From contig OZ024742.1 in the NCBI GenBank assembly GCA_964016885.1, positions 54,808,001 through 54,872,000 of the forward strand: DNA of 64,000 bases, given 5' to 3'. Each line of letters opens with the position of its first letter. Positions within the stretch are counted from its first letter, which is position 1. This DNA comes from Eledone cirrhosa (taxonomy: Eukaryota). This document shows positions 48,788 to 62,439 of this stretch, in pieces. The translations under genes and the position numbers were made by a program. The notes under the pieces were generated by a model. The model did not search any database. It saw nothing but the letters and a program-made list of their open reading frames with translations, and had not been told where the DNA came from.

Positions 48788-48859
48788 TATATATATATGT
48801 ATATATGTGTGTGTGTATGTATGTATATGTGTGTATATTTTTATATGTATGTATATATT

Positions 48860-48912
<53 letters not shown>

Positions 48913-48981
48913 GTGTGTATATGTGTGTGTATATATATATGTATATATATGGGTGTGTGTATATATGTGTGTGTATATATG

Positions 48982-49022
<41 letters not shown>

Positions 49023-49431
49023 GTATGTGTGTGTATATGTATATATATATATATATGTATGTATATATATATATATATATATTTATGTATGGTGCTTTTT
49101 CCTTATATATGTGTATATGTATATATGTGTGTGTGTGTGTGTATTTATATTTATATATATGTATATATATATATATAAATATATATATATGTATATATAT
49201 ATATATAAATATATATATATATGTGTGTATGTATGTGTGTGTTTGTATGTGTATATATTTGTTTGTGTATATATATATATATATATATGTATGTGTATAT
49301 ATGTATATATGTATATGGTTATATATATGAATGTATATATATATATGTATATGTATATATATGTGTGTGTGTTTGTGTGTATGTGTGTGTATATGTATAT
49401 ATGTGTGTGTATGTGGTTTTTTTTTTTTTTT

Positions 49432-49506
<75 letters not shown>

Positions 49507-49549
49507 ATACGTATGTGTGTGTATATGTATGTGTATGTATGTATGTGTG

Positions 49550-49594
<45 letters not shown>

Positions 49595-49787
49595 ATATGT
49601 GTCTGCGTATATGTATGTATATATGTCTATATGTATTTGTGTGTATATGTATACACATGTATATTTGTGTTTGTATGTATGTGTGTGAGTGTATTTATAT
49701 GTGTATATATGTGTGTGTGTGTGTATGTATGTGTATGTGTGTGTGTATGTGTATATATATATGTGTGTGTACATATATATATATATA

Positions 49788-49838
<51 letters not shown>

Positions 49839-50396
49839 CGTTTCTGAATTTGTTTAGCAAGATTCTTTATCTGAAATCGTGTGTTGAAACCGATATTGTT
49901 ATACTTTGGGAGGGTCATGTTGCCAATAAGAAACACACGCACCAGTTGCTTTCACTTCAATTTAATTTATTATATATTTATAAATTTACAAATTTATAAA
50001 TTTCTGGTTGGTTGGTTGGTTCCACAACCAGATAGTTGTTTATATATATATAGTCATAGTTCTTTCGTCACACACTCTGTGACCTCTTCAGTGACTGGGG
50101 ATTTCTTTCTTCGTTTCTGTGCCTTTCCTTTCTTCTATCCTACGCCATTTTGTTTGTGTGTGGGTTGCGTGCTCAGTTTGCGCATGCGCCACATCCGGGT
50201 GTCTGTGTGTGTTTGTGTTCATTTTTCTATTTTTCTATTTATATTTTTCTATTTGTTTGTTTATTTATTTATTTATTGTTGGTTGGTTGTTTGTTCTATG
50301 TGTGTGTGTGTTTTCATTTTGTCTTGTGTGTGTTTTCATTTTTATTTTGTGTGTGTTTTCAATTGTAAGTTGTTTGTTCTATGTGTGTGTGTGTTT

Positions 50397-53300
50397 TCAT
50401 TTTGTCCTTAATTGTAAGTTGTGAGTTGTGATGTTGCTGTTCCACTCATATTTTCTATTTAATTTTGGTTTTAATTCTTTTATGCTTACTGCCTCTGTAA
50501 TTTGCCTAAACATTGCGTCTTTCTTGTGTGTGGATTCTATTTGTATTTCTATGCTCTCTAATTTACCCCTGTGTTCTATCTTAGCATGTTGGTAGAGCAC
50601 AGATGATTCTTTATTATCTTGGAGGTCTCGCCAGTGTTCATTTATTCGTTCCCCTATACTACGAGCTGTCTCACCTATGTACACTATATTTTTGTTTCTA
50701 CATTGTCCTTCAGTACATCTTATGCTATATACTACATTTCTAGTTTTACAGTTAATATGGGGGCTTATTTTACAGGTTATACATTTCTTATCTATACATG
50801 AGGGTCTTTGGAACGGGTATGTCTTGCTAATAAGTGTTTTTACGGAGGTACCAGATCTTTCTACTATCTTAATATTGAGATTATGTTTGTTTAGGGCCCT
50901 TCTAAATTTGTAGGCTAGTTCGACTCTAGGGGTTGTATTGATGAACATTACACTCTGGTATTTATTGCTATCATACCATGAGTTTATTCTATTGGCCTTG
51001 TTCTTAGTTCTTTCTATTCTATTCCAAAATTTGCTCCTATACAAGGGGCAGGTCCCATTTATGTCATTATTTACCATTTTTTCCCATTTGGTTCTGGCTC
51101 CTTTATACACTCTGATTCTATCTCTCTGATTGTAGCCAGAGAACTGCATACGGTGGATGAAGTGTTGTATGTGTCTCTCTAGTTCTTCGGGGTTGCACAT
51201 GCGGGACACATTTATCATCACCCGTACCAAATCCGCAATCAGTATGTTGATTTTGGTATGGTCCGAAATGGCCGAGTTTCGGTGGATCAGATGTTTGGAA
51301 GTCATGGGTTTGGCATAATGGGAATGGAGGATTTGTTTTTGGTTGTTAATTGTATCTAACCAGAGCTCTGTGTCTAGTACAGGTAATCGATGGTTGGGGT
51401 GTCTACTTGGGTAGTCTATAGTAACTCTAATGCTCTGGTGGATGGAGTTTGCTATTTGCTGGATGCTTTCCATTGTGTTTTTCTCTAGTTCCTGACTGTT
51501 CTTTAGTGGGGGTGTCTTAACTACGATGTTTATATCATCTACGTAGCGGGAGTACATTATCAGGGTTAAGCTGTCTTCTAATTGTTCATTAAGTTTTTGT
51601 TTAAGTCTACTGTCCCACCATACCATGAATAAGTTAGCTATGTCGCCTGCAATGCTAACACCAATGGCTGCTCTTCCTCTTGGGCATATGTTTTACCATT
51701 AAATTTGAACATATGTTCCTTAAGGGTTAATTTTATGCTGGCCCCTACCGCATGTGCAATCATTTTCTTCAGTTCATCGTGGTTTTCGGGTGTCCGTATG
51801 GCTCTGGTCCACCCGTTCCATCTATCTGTGTGGGTTTTCTTGGCCATTGAGGTAATGGTAGGTGGTCTGCCTCTTGCTGGTCTTGTAGGGCACAGGTTGC
51901 TAAGGTCATAAGTGTCTAGGTAACTATTACTATGGGTAAGCTTAAGTAGAAGTCCCAGCTCACTGGTATCAATCCCACGGAACTCAACCTTGCTCTCGCT
52001 GATCATTTCGACGCATTTCTCCACAGCAAAATCCACGTCAATAGATGGATACAGGGACACAACATCCATACTGCCTATTATGCAGTTTGTTAGGTCCCCA
52101 GATCGGTTACCCGCGCCGATTCTGCTGAGGAGGTCCTCCGTGCTGTCACACACATCTGGGGACATCTCAATGATGGGGCGTATGATCAGGGAGAGGAAGT
52201 AGGACAGTCTGTAGTTACTAGCAATGTTAGCCCCACAGACTGGCCGTGTTGGTGGTCCCGCGACAGGGTCCCAGCCCGTTTTATGGTCTTTTCGAAGCCC
52301 ATACAACGCCGGCACGTCATTGTTCCAGGCCTGGAAGTTGTTGGCAGTCCTTTTGTTGGGCTGCATTATATTTGTCCACATCACCATATGGGCATTGAGG
52401 GTTTGTTCTCTATCCTCATGCTCCTGTGGTGTTACCTCTCTTGTGTTAGTGATGTGGGGCTGCATTGCCTGGATGTAGTTTGGCAGGCTGTCAACCGACA
52501 TTCTGCCAGACTTGTCTGTTGGAAAGCATGCTATCTCTCCATTACGCGAGCGCTGCATGAGCTTACGCAAGCCATTTGCAGATTCTTCTCCCAGTTGCTG
52601 GGCCTCTATTCTATTATGCTTCTTGCTATACTGTTCTATAATATTTCTAAGTTCGGATTTAGCTATACTAAATTGTGCTTCTGTTTGTTCATCGACCTGC
52701 GACGGCAACTGCGTGCGTTTGTTAAATGGCAAAGTCGTGGCGTGGACTCGTCGCAGGTCGAATGATTTATCGGAGGGGTTATAAAACGGAGAGTTCCAGG
52801 CTGCTGCTTTATGTGTACTAGTGCTATTGTTATTGTTAGTTGTGTTGTTTCTATTTCCACCAACAGCAGCAGCCTCAGCTTTATGGTTGTTTCTATGTCT
52901 CTCATAATTACTCCTGTCTCTTTCCACTGGCTCAATGTTGTTATCTACCCTATTTTGTGTGTCTGTGTGTTCGTCTTGGTTATTCTCTTTGTCCTTAGTC
53001 TCCCATCTCCTTTTCCTTTTAATCCTATTACTTTCTCTTATTTCTCTGATTTCTGTGCTACTGTCATTACTTGTTTTCTGTGTCTGTGTGTTTGTTAAGA
53101 TTGTGGTGGTGGTGAGAGGCATTGAATGCGTGTGTGTTGTTGTTGTTGATGTGTGTTGTTGTTGATGTGTGTTGTTGTTGTCTCCGTGTGTGTGTGTGTT
53201 ATCGTTGTTGTGTGTGTTGTTATTGTTGTTTGTGTTTGCGTGTCTGTTGTTGTTGTATCTGGGTATGTTGCTATTGTTGTTGTTGTTGATGTGTGTGTTG

Positions 53301-53678
53301 TTGTTATTGTTGTCTCCGTGTGTGTTGTTATTGTTGTTTGTGTCTGCGTGTCTGTTGTATCTGGGTATGTTGCTATTGTTGTTGTTGTATCTGGGTATGT
53401 TGCTATTGTTGTTGTTATTGTTGTTTGTGTCTGTGTGTCTGTTGTTGTTGGGATGTGTGTTGTATATGTGTGTGCGTATATTGTTGCTTTTGTTTTTGTT
53501 TTTGATGCTCCAGCGTAGTTTCGTAAATGATTTTTCTATTTCTGACAGACAACTAATCATATTTACCTTCTTGAATGTCGCAAATTTGGGTGGCAGACGT
53601 AACACAGACCTTTCATTATTATCTATTTCCGTGTTTCCATAAATGTTGGTATTTTCATTGTTGATATTTTCATTGTTG
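50397..53678 (-). pseudogene. PLE RT-GIY-YIG ORF, nearly full length, 1-bp deletion at ~51675
   Basis: ERSVLRLPPKFA, PTDKSG, LYGLRKDHK, RPVC, SMDVVSLYPSI, RYVDD, PVLD, VVY...YIGETAR..ERINEH. Confidence 0.92.
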
Positions 53679-55016
53679 AAATTAACCCTTAAGGAACATA
53701 TGTTCAAATTTAATGGTAAAACATATGCCCAAGAGAAAGGAGCAGCCATTGGTGTTAGCATTGCAGGCGACATAACTAACTTATTCATGGTATGGTGGGA
53801 CAGTAGACTTAAACAAAAACTTAATGAACAATTAGAAGACGGCTTAACCCTGATAATGTACTCCCGCTACGTAGATGATATAAACATCGTAGTTAAGACA
53901 CCCCCACTAAAGAACAGTCAGGAACTAGAGAAAAACACAATGGAAAGCATCCAGCAAATAGCAAACTCCATCCACCAGAGCATTAGAGTTACTATAGACT
54001 ACCCAAGTAGACACCCCAACCATCGATTACCTGTACTAGACACAGAGCTCTGGTTAGATACAATTAACAACCAAAAACAAATCCTCCATTCCCATTATGC
54101 CAAACCCATGACTTCCAAACATCTGATCCACCGAAACTCGGCCATTTCGGACCATACCAAAATCAACATACTGATTGCGGATTTGGTACGGGTGATGAGA
54201 AATGTGTCCCGCATGTGCAACCCCGAAGAACTAGAGAGACACATACAACACTTCATCCACCGTATGCAGTTCTCTGGCTACAATCAGAGAGATAGAATCA
54301 GAGTGTATAAAGGAGCCAGAACCAAATGGGAAAAAATGGTAAATAATGACATAAATGGGACCTGCCCCTTGTATAGGAGCAAATTTTGGAATAGAATAGA
54401 AAGAACTAAGAACAAGGCCAATAGAATAAACTCATGGTATGATAGCAATAAATACCAGAGTGTAATGTTCATCAATACAACCCCTAGAGGCGAACTAGAC
54501 TACAAATTTAGAAGGGCCCTAAAGAAACATAATCTCAATATTAAGATAGTAGAAAGACCTGGTACCTCCGTAAAAACACTTATTAGCAAGACATACCCGT
54601 TCCAAAGACCCTCATGTATAGATAAGAAATGTATAACCTGTAAAATAAGCCCCCATATTAACTGTAAAACTAGAAATGTAGTATATAGCATAAGATGTAC
54701 TGAAGGACAATGTAGAAACAAAAATATAGTGTACATAGGTGAGACAGCTCGTAGTATAGGGGAACGAATAAATGAACACTGGCGAGACCTCCAAGATAAT
54801 AAAGAATCATCTGTGCTCTACCAACATGCTAAGATAGAACACAGGGGTAAATTAGAGAGCATAGAAATAAAAATAGAATCCACACACAAGAAAGACGCAA
54901 TGTTTAGGCAAATTACAGAGGTAGTAAGCATAAAAGAATTAAAACCAAAATTAAATAGAAAATATGAGTGGAACAGCAACATCACAACTCACAACTTACA
55001 ATTAAGGACAAAATGA
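53679..55016 (+). CDS. Uninterrupted C-terminal half of PLE RT + GIY-YIG (inverted copy, 5'-truncated)
   Basis: QEKGAAIG, RYVDD, CxxxxCxxC, VVY..YIGET, QITEV; the ORF-track start at 53643 is a junction artefact. Confidence 0.8.
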   Translation, partial: KLTLKEHMFKFNGKTYAQEKGAAIGVSIAGDITNLFMVWWDSRLKQKLNEQLEDGLTLIMYSRYVDDINIVVKTPPLKNSQELEKNTMESIQQIANSIHQSIRVTIDYPSRHPNHRLPVLDTELWLDTINNQKQILHSHYAKPMTSKHLIHRNSAISDHTKINILIADLVRVMRNVSRMCNPEELERHIQHFIHRMQFSGYNQRDRIRVYKGARTKWEKMVNNDINGTCPLYRSKFWNRIERTKNKANRINSWYDSNKYQSVMFINTTPRGELDYKFRRALKKHNLNIKIVERPGTSVKTLISKTYPFQRPSCIDKKCITCKISPHINCKTRNVVYSIRCTEGQCRNKNIVYIGETARSIGERINEHWRDLQDNKESSVLYQHAKIEHRGKLESIEIKIESTHKKDAMFRQITEVVSIKELKPKLNRKYEWNSNITTHNLQLRTK

Positions 55017-55316
55017 AAACACACACACACATAGAACAAACAACTTACAATTGAAAACACACACAAAATAAAAATGAAAACACACACAAGACAAAATGAA
55101 AACACACACACACATAGAACAAACAACCAACCAACAATAAATAAATAAATAAACAAACAAATAGAAAAATATAAATAGAAAAATAGAAAAATGAACACAA
55201 ACACACACAGACACCCGGATGTGGCGCATGCGCAAACTGAGCACGCAACCCACACACAAACAAAATGGCGTAGGATAGAAGAAAGGAAAGGCACAGAAAC
55301 GAAGAAAGAAATCCCC

Positions 55317-55361
55317 AGTCACTGAAGAGGTCACAGAGTGTGTGACGAAAGAACTATGACT
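55317..55361 (+). ncRNA. Minimal type I hammerhead
   Basis: agtca-CTGAAGA-g-GTCAC-agagtgt-GTGAC-GAAA-G-aa-C-TA-tgact; identical mirror at 50052-50096 (-). Confidence 0.85.
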
Positions 55362-55516
55362 ATATATATATAAACAACTATCTGGTTGTGGAACCAACCA
55401 ACCAACCAGAAATTTATAAATTTGTAAATTTATAAATATATAATAAATTAAATTGAAGTGAAAGCAACTGGTGCGTGTGTTTCTTATTGGCAACATGACC
55501 CTCCCAAAGTATAACA

Positions 55517-55548
<32 letters not shown>

Positions 55549-56132
55549 GTGTGTGTATATGTATGTATATGAATATATTTTTATATATGTGTGTGTGTTT
55601 TTATGTGTGTATATGTGTTTGTGTGTGTGTTTATGGTTGCGCGTAAGTGTGTGAGTGAGTATGATTTTTGTTTTTTTGTGAATGTGTCTGTTGATTTTTG
55701 GCATTTAGTTGATTAGTTTAAGAGAAGTTCGAAGATAATAGTAAGATATGCACTCAGTATTTTGAATCTGTCTGCAGAATTCTCTAGACCTTTGTCACTT
55801 GGTAGAACCTTAATGATTTTAGCTTTTAAAGAATCTCCCTTTTCTTTAATTCTATCGACCATGACTGACCCCCCACTGATTTTATAGACATCTGTTAGCT
55901 TAAGAGAAACTTAATGACAAGGATTGGTATGCCATCCGGAACCTGTTTATAGAATTCTGTCTGCCCTTGTTACTCTAAAAACATAAATAAATAAAAATAA
56001 ACTATAGCTTTGTAGAATTAGCTTTTAATGAATTCCCTTTTCTATCAACCAATGACATGCACCCATCCCACTCCCCACCCTCTCCTACCACTTGTAGAGA
56101 CCTATAAATACCATTTTTATTTTTTAATACCC

Positions 56133-56183
56133 AGATTCCTGATGATTTCTAATGAATGAAACAGTTCTAGTCCTGTAGAATCT
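56133..56183 (+). ncRNA. Type I hammerhead
   Basis: agattc-CTGATGA-tTTC-taat-GAAt-GAAA-CAG-ttctagtc-CTG-TA-gaatct; mirror at 47941-47991 (-). Confidence 0.85.
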
Positions 56184-56330
56184 CATCTATATTAAAACTT
56201 TTATACTCTGCTATATATTGAGTACCTTACTTACTGTGGTTACCTCCGATTCAACCCGGAATAACGTATATATACATACATATATATCTATATATATATA
56301 TATATACATACATATATATATATACATACG

Positions 56331-56362
<32 letters not shown>

Positions 56363-56506
56363 CATATATATATACATACATATATATATATACATACATA
56401 TATATATACATACATATATATATATATACATACATATATCTATATATATATACATACATATATATATATATATATATACATACATATATATATATTTATA
56501 TATGTA

Positions 56507-56600
<94 letters not shown>

Positions 56601-56664
56601 CATATATATATATATACATACATATATATATATATACATACATATATATATATATATATACATT

Positions 56665-57598
56665 ATTCTTTTACTCTTTTACCTGTTTCAGCCATCCGGC
56701 TGAGGCCATGCTGGGGCACCGCCCTTGTTGCTACACATTTTATCTCCAGCCTGTATAGGTTGGCCACTGGTGTAGGAGGGAGTTTGTTGCTGCTGACCTT
56801 AGGTTTCCCTCGTGTCTTGTTGTGGGCTCATCCGGGATCCTGGATAACAAGGTGTCGAGATGTTTCTTAAAGAAATCCACCTCCACGTCATGCAAGTCTC
56901 GCAGATGCCTCGGCAGCCTGTTGAAGAGTTGAGGGCCCTTGAATCCCAGGCTATTGCAATACCTGCTCCTTATTCTAGATGTGGAAGACGGGACCTTTGG
57001 CAGCACACAGTGACGTCCTGTTCGACGGTTGGTCCAGCTCCCAATGCCAAAGTTTGGTGCTAGTCCCTCCAGGATTTTCCACATGTAGATCACTGCGTAT
57101 CTCTCCCGTCTTCGCTCCAGGAGTAGAGGTTCAGTTCCTTCAGCCTCTCCCAGTAGCTTGTCTCCCTCATCTTGGCAATCCTCTTGGTGTAGCTTCGCTG
57201 GATTGCCTCAAGCTCCGTGGTTAGTTTGACACTATGGGGTGACCACAGCTGGGAGCAGTAGTCCAGGCGGCTTAGGACAAAAGTCCTCCACAGTGTCAAC
57301 ATAGTGTCTCGATCTCTTGTAAGGAAAGTCCTCAAGATCCAGCCAGCGAATCGTCTACATGCTGTCGCCACCTTCATGATGTGTGAAGAAAAAGATGCAT
57401 CATCGCTCATGTCTATGCCCAGGTCTCGTATCGATTTTGACACGGGGATATCGGTCCCTCCTGGTCCTGTGTAGCTGTGTTCCGCTATATTTGTGTTTGT
57501 GTTTGCAGGTTTGTATTGTAGGGCTTGGAATTTGCCAGCATTAAACTGCATGTTGTTTTCTTCCGCCCATCTGTATATGACATCCAGATCCTGCTGTA

Positions 57599-57600
<2 letters not shown>
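56665..57600 (-). pseudogene. LINE family B 3' fragment
   Basis: Near identical to 43718-44652. Confidence 0.92.
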
Positions 57601-57681
<81 letters not shown>

Positions 57682-57760
57682 CATATATATATACAAACAT
57701 ACATATATATATATATATACATACATAAATATATATATGTATACATACATACATATATAT

Positions 57761-57808
<48 letters not shown>

Positions 57809-57916
57809 TTATATAAACATACATACATATGTATATATATATATACATACATATATATATATATATATACATACATACATATATATATATATATACATAC
57901 ATACACATATATATAT

Positions 57917-57947
<31 letters not shown>

Positions 57948-57991
57948 CATACATACATATATATATATACATACATATATATATATATACA

Positions 57992-58039
<48 letters not shown>

Positions 58040-58084
58040 CATACATATATATATATATACATACATACACATATATATATATAT

Positions 58085-58117
<33 letters not shown>

Positions 58118-58130
58118 CGTATATATATAT

Positions 58131-58201
<71 letters not shown>

Positions 58202-58357
58202 CATACATATATATATATCTATATATACATACATATATATATATACATACATATATATATATATATATATACATACATATATATATATTTAAAATATATA
58301 TATATATATACATACATATATATATATACATACATATATATATATATATATACATAC

Positions 58358-58404
<47 letters not shown>

Positions 58405-58429
58405 CATATATATATATATACATACATAC

Positions 58430-58465
<36 letters not shown>

Positions 58466-58468
<3 letters not shown>

Positions 58469-60345
58469 ATATAAGATCAAAAGATGGTTAAAGGAGTTCA
58501 ATATATTTTATTATGCGCATTTCAAAAACAAACATCATCAAACAATAATATTTGTGTTTTCATCAGATAAAACAGGAGAACATGATATGAAGGCTAAAAA
58601 AAACACTTGTTGATAGTGCAGTTTTAAATCAACATATGAAAAGTGGTTTTAGATTGATGTGTGATATTGGGAAAAATATTTTATTTAGAGAGGGGGGGAG
58701 AGAAAAGGATGAAAAGGGAAGGAGATGAGAGGGAGAGATGGGTGATAGAGAGAAAGAGATAGTTTTTATAATCTCTGCCTAAATGAAAAATTTACCATTA
58801 TCTCTAACCTAGAATCCATAATAAATAGACGCTCGGATTTGTTTTCCATCTGCCTTCATAAATTCCATAGAACTTTTCACAAAGTATACAGTTAATATTC
58901 AATTCTTTATCAATTTAGAATCTTTTCTCAAAGGCACATATACATACACCTCTTTAAAATATACCCATCTACCTTACTTTAAAGGGCATTATACACTCTA
59001 TAGTACTCGTTTATTCATTTACCTCATCCTATCTTCTCGTAAAACAATAACATTTGTTTTTGACATTTTGAATATTCATCCGCAATCATTATTATTTTTT
59101 TTTTTTTTTTTTTTTTTCCCTCTATCATAAATCTTTTTAATCTCAATTTCATCCTTAATTTATTATTATATATATTTTTTTAATATATACTCATATATTC
59201 TTTAAAATATACCCATCTACCTTACTTTAAAGGGCATTATACACTCTATAATACCCGTTTACTCATCACCCTCATTATATCTCTTCGTAAAACAATAACA
59301 TTTGTTTTTGACATTTTGAGTATTCATCCGCAATCATTATTATTTTTTCTCTCTATCATAAATCTTTTTAATCTCAATTTCATCCTTAATTTATTATTAT
59401 TATTTTTTTCTCCCCATCAACGAACTCATTATTAATACATATGAATTCAATATAAAAACTTTAACTTCACATTATTTTTCTCAAATCCTATACATAAACA
59501 TTTTCTCTTTGCTAGTTTTAAGATTCCTACATTTCTCCTTTTGAATATTCACCCACAATTATTATTTTTTTCTCTCTATCTCCATACATAATCTCCCTTC
59601 GTTATTTTTTTCTCTCTATCTCCATACATAATTTCCCTTCGTTAATTTTCAAATTCCTTTAATTTATACATTATCTTCCAACGGTTCCCAACCTCTCTAT
59701 ATTAAAACATTATATCTTTTTCTCAGTTATAAAAACTATCTCTTTCTCTCTATCACCCATCTCTCCCTTTCCACCTTCACTCTCATCTCCTCCCCTTTTT
59801 TTTTCATCCTTTCCACCCCCACCCCTCCATAAATATAATATATTTTTTCCTCGCACATATCCTCCCTTCGTTAATTTTCAAAATTTTTAATTTATACAGT
59901 ATCTTCCAACGGTTTTCAACCCCTCTATATATAAAATATATCTCCTCTCTGTTATAAAAACTATCTCTTTCTCTCTATCACCCATCTCTCCCTCTCATCT
60001 CCTTCCCTTTTCATCCTTTTCTCTCCCCCCCTCTCTAAATAAAATATTTTTCCCAATATCACACATCAATCTAAAACCACTTTTCATATGTTGATTTAAA
60101 ACTGCACTATCAACAAGTGTTTTTTTTTTAGCCTTCATATCATGTTCTCCTGTTTTATCTGATGAAAACACAAATATTATTGTTTGATGATGTTTGTTTT
60201 TGAAATGCGCATAATAAAATATATTGAACTCCTTTAACCATCTTTTGATCTTATATTATGCATACTCCAGTCCCACAAACTGTAGAGTGCTTCTTATCCG
60301 ATATCTGCATTGCTTTATTGTACTACAATAAAACTCACCTCCTAC
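58466..60345 (+). mobile_element. Heavily 5'-truncated PLE with inverted arms
   Basis: Arms 58466-58772/59952-60258; 58773-58870 reads LCLNEKFTII...INRRSDLFSICLH (PLE C-terminus); internal tandem duplications (58951/59200, 59635/59864). Confidence 0.85.
60153..60219 (+). ncRNA. Type I hammerhead with extended stem II
   Basis: ttttat-CTGATGA-aaacacaaatattatt...gatgatgtttgttttt-GAAA-TGCGCA-TA-ataaaa; mirror at 58506-58572 (-). Confidence 0.85.
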
Positions 60346-60709
60346 ATATATATATATATATATACACATAAATACATATATATATATATACATACATACA
60401 TATAAATATATACATACATACATATATATATATATACATACATATATATATACATACATACATATATATATATACATACATACATATATATATATACATA
60501 CATACATATATATATTTATACATACATACATATATATATATATACATACATACATATATATATCTATATATACATACATATATATATATATATACATACA
60601 TATATATATATACATACATATATATATATATATACATACATATATATATATATACATACATATATATATATATACATACATATATATATATTTATATATG
60701 TATATATAG

Positions 60710-60800
<91 letters not shown>

Positions 60801-60815
60801 CATACATACATATAT

Positions 60816-60900
<85 letters not shown>

Positions 60901-60991
60901 CATATATATATATATACATACATCTATATATATATACATACATATATATATATATACATACATATATATATATATACATACATATATATAT

Positions 60992-61068
<77 letters not shown>

Positions 61069-61132
61069 CATATATATATACAAACATACATATATATATA
61101 TACATACATACATATATATATGTATACATACA

Positions 61133-61198
<66 letters not shown>

Positions 61199-61338
61199 CA
61201 TACATTTATATATATATATATATGTACATACATACATATATATATATATATACATACATACACATATATATATGTACATACATATATATATATATATATA
61301 TACATACATATATATATATACATACATATATATATATA

Positions 61339-61976
61339 TGGTGGCTGCCAACTCGTTTTCGAGTACGGCCACTACTTTACATCCATGTAGGATAACCCCT
61401 ACCGAAGCGCTGAACGAGTGTGACTTTTTAGTCCAGCCAGCGACTTGAAACCTCTGGTACAAACACTACACCTGTGACAATCATTGACACATAGTGCTAG
61501 GCCCATGGTAGGACAATTATTGACACATAGTGCTGGGCCCATGTGAGGACAAGTGCAGAGAGATCTCCAGATATAAAGCAATGCCTGTGCCGTGAAGCTT
61601 TTATAGTGAGCAAAGGCACTGCACAAAGCCAGTCCCACTCTCTTAACCAAGATGCTATTTACCAAAAAGAAGAACAAGTCAACATCATTGGATACCATCA
61701 GGGTTGCAGGTGTTATATCAGAGTTTTCCTTCTCCTAGAATTCTGCCTTGACTAAGGCTAAAGGGGTCATCTCTCCCGGTGATTTTGGATGGCCATTGAC
61801 TCTTAAGAGCTCCTTTGGCCTTTGACAGGTTTTGTTTTTAGTCCTGCAGGATGTCCAAAGTCACCCTCCTCACCAAGAAACCTTGGTGGGGTTGCCAGTT
61901 TAGTCGCCAACGACCCGACCATGAGACAGGTTGTACTGGGATACATGTTACCAGTAGCACCAACTGGTGACCTGAC
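61339..61976 (-). mobile_element. Family D, full-length copy
   Basis: Same 5' start (gtcaggtcac) as 13994 and 29; C2H2 remnant [20 protein letters not shown]. Confidence 0.85.
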
Positions 61977-61996
61977 ATAAATATATATATATATAT

Positions 61997-62085
<89 letters not shown>

Positions 62086-62094
62086 CATATATAT

Positions 62095-62127
<33 letters not shown>

Positions 62128-62130
62128 CAA

Positions 62131-62176
<46 letters not shown>

Positions 62177-62394
62177 AATTAAGTTAAAAATGTACATCCA
62201 CATATGTATACTGAAATACTAGTATGCATATGAATACACACACGTGTACATATGTAGATGTACCGAGTTTTTCATTGGACACTTTACTGTGAGTGTTCAG
62301 CTAGTCTGTATGTAAACACAGACAAACCGGTTTTTAGAGTCATACTGGTTTTCGAGGAAACACCTTTCCTCTATTCTCCAGAAAGCCAGACAGG

Positions 62395-62439
62395 AATATT
62401 GGACTAGTTTCGATGTTGTTACATCTCATCAGCAATATT
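62395..62439 (-). ncRNA. Canonical minimal type I hammerhead (GUC)
   Basis: rc: aatattg-CTGATGA-GATGT-aaca-ACATC-GAAA-CTAG-TC-caatatt. Confidence 0.9.

Larger units (their letters stand above)
49836..55520 (-). mobile_element. Young Penelope-like element with 1.84-kb inverted duplication
   Basis: Arms 49893-51733/53679-55520 near identical; 57-nt tail 49836-49892. Confidence 0.95.
47925..56268 (+). mobile_element. Older pLTR element whose inverted arms are separated by a nested PLE
   Basis: Arms 47925-48153/55969-56199 plus ~70-nt tail. Confidence 0.75.

Noticed and set aside
53643-53788. Overlapping divergent ORF starts
   Set aside because: Artefact of the inversion junction at ~53679; the N-termini are antisense of the other arm
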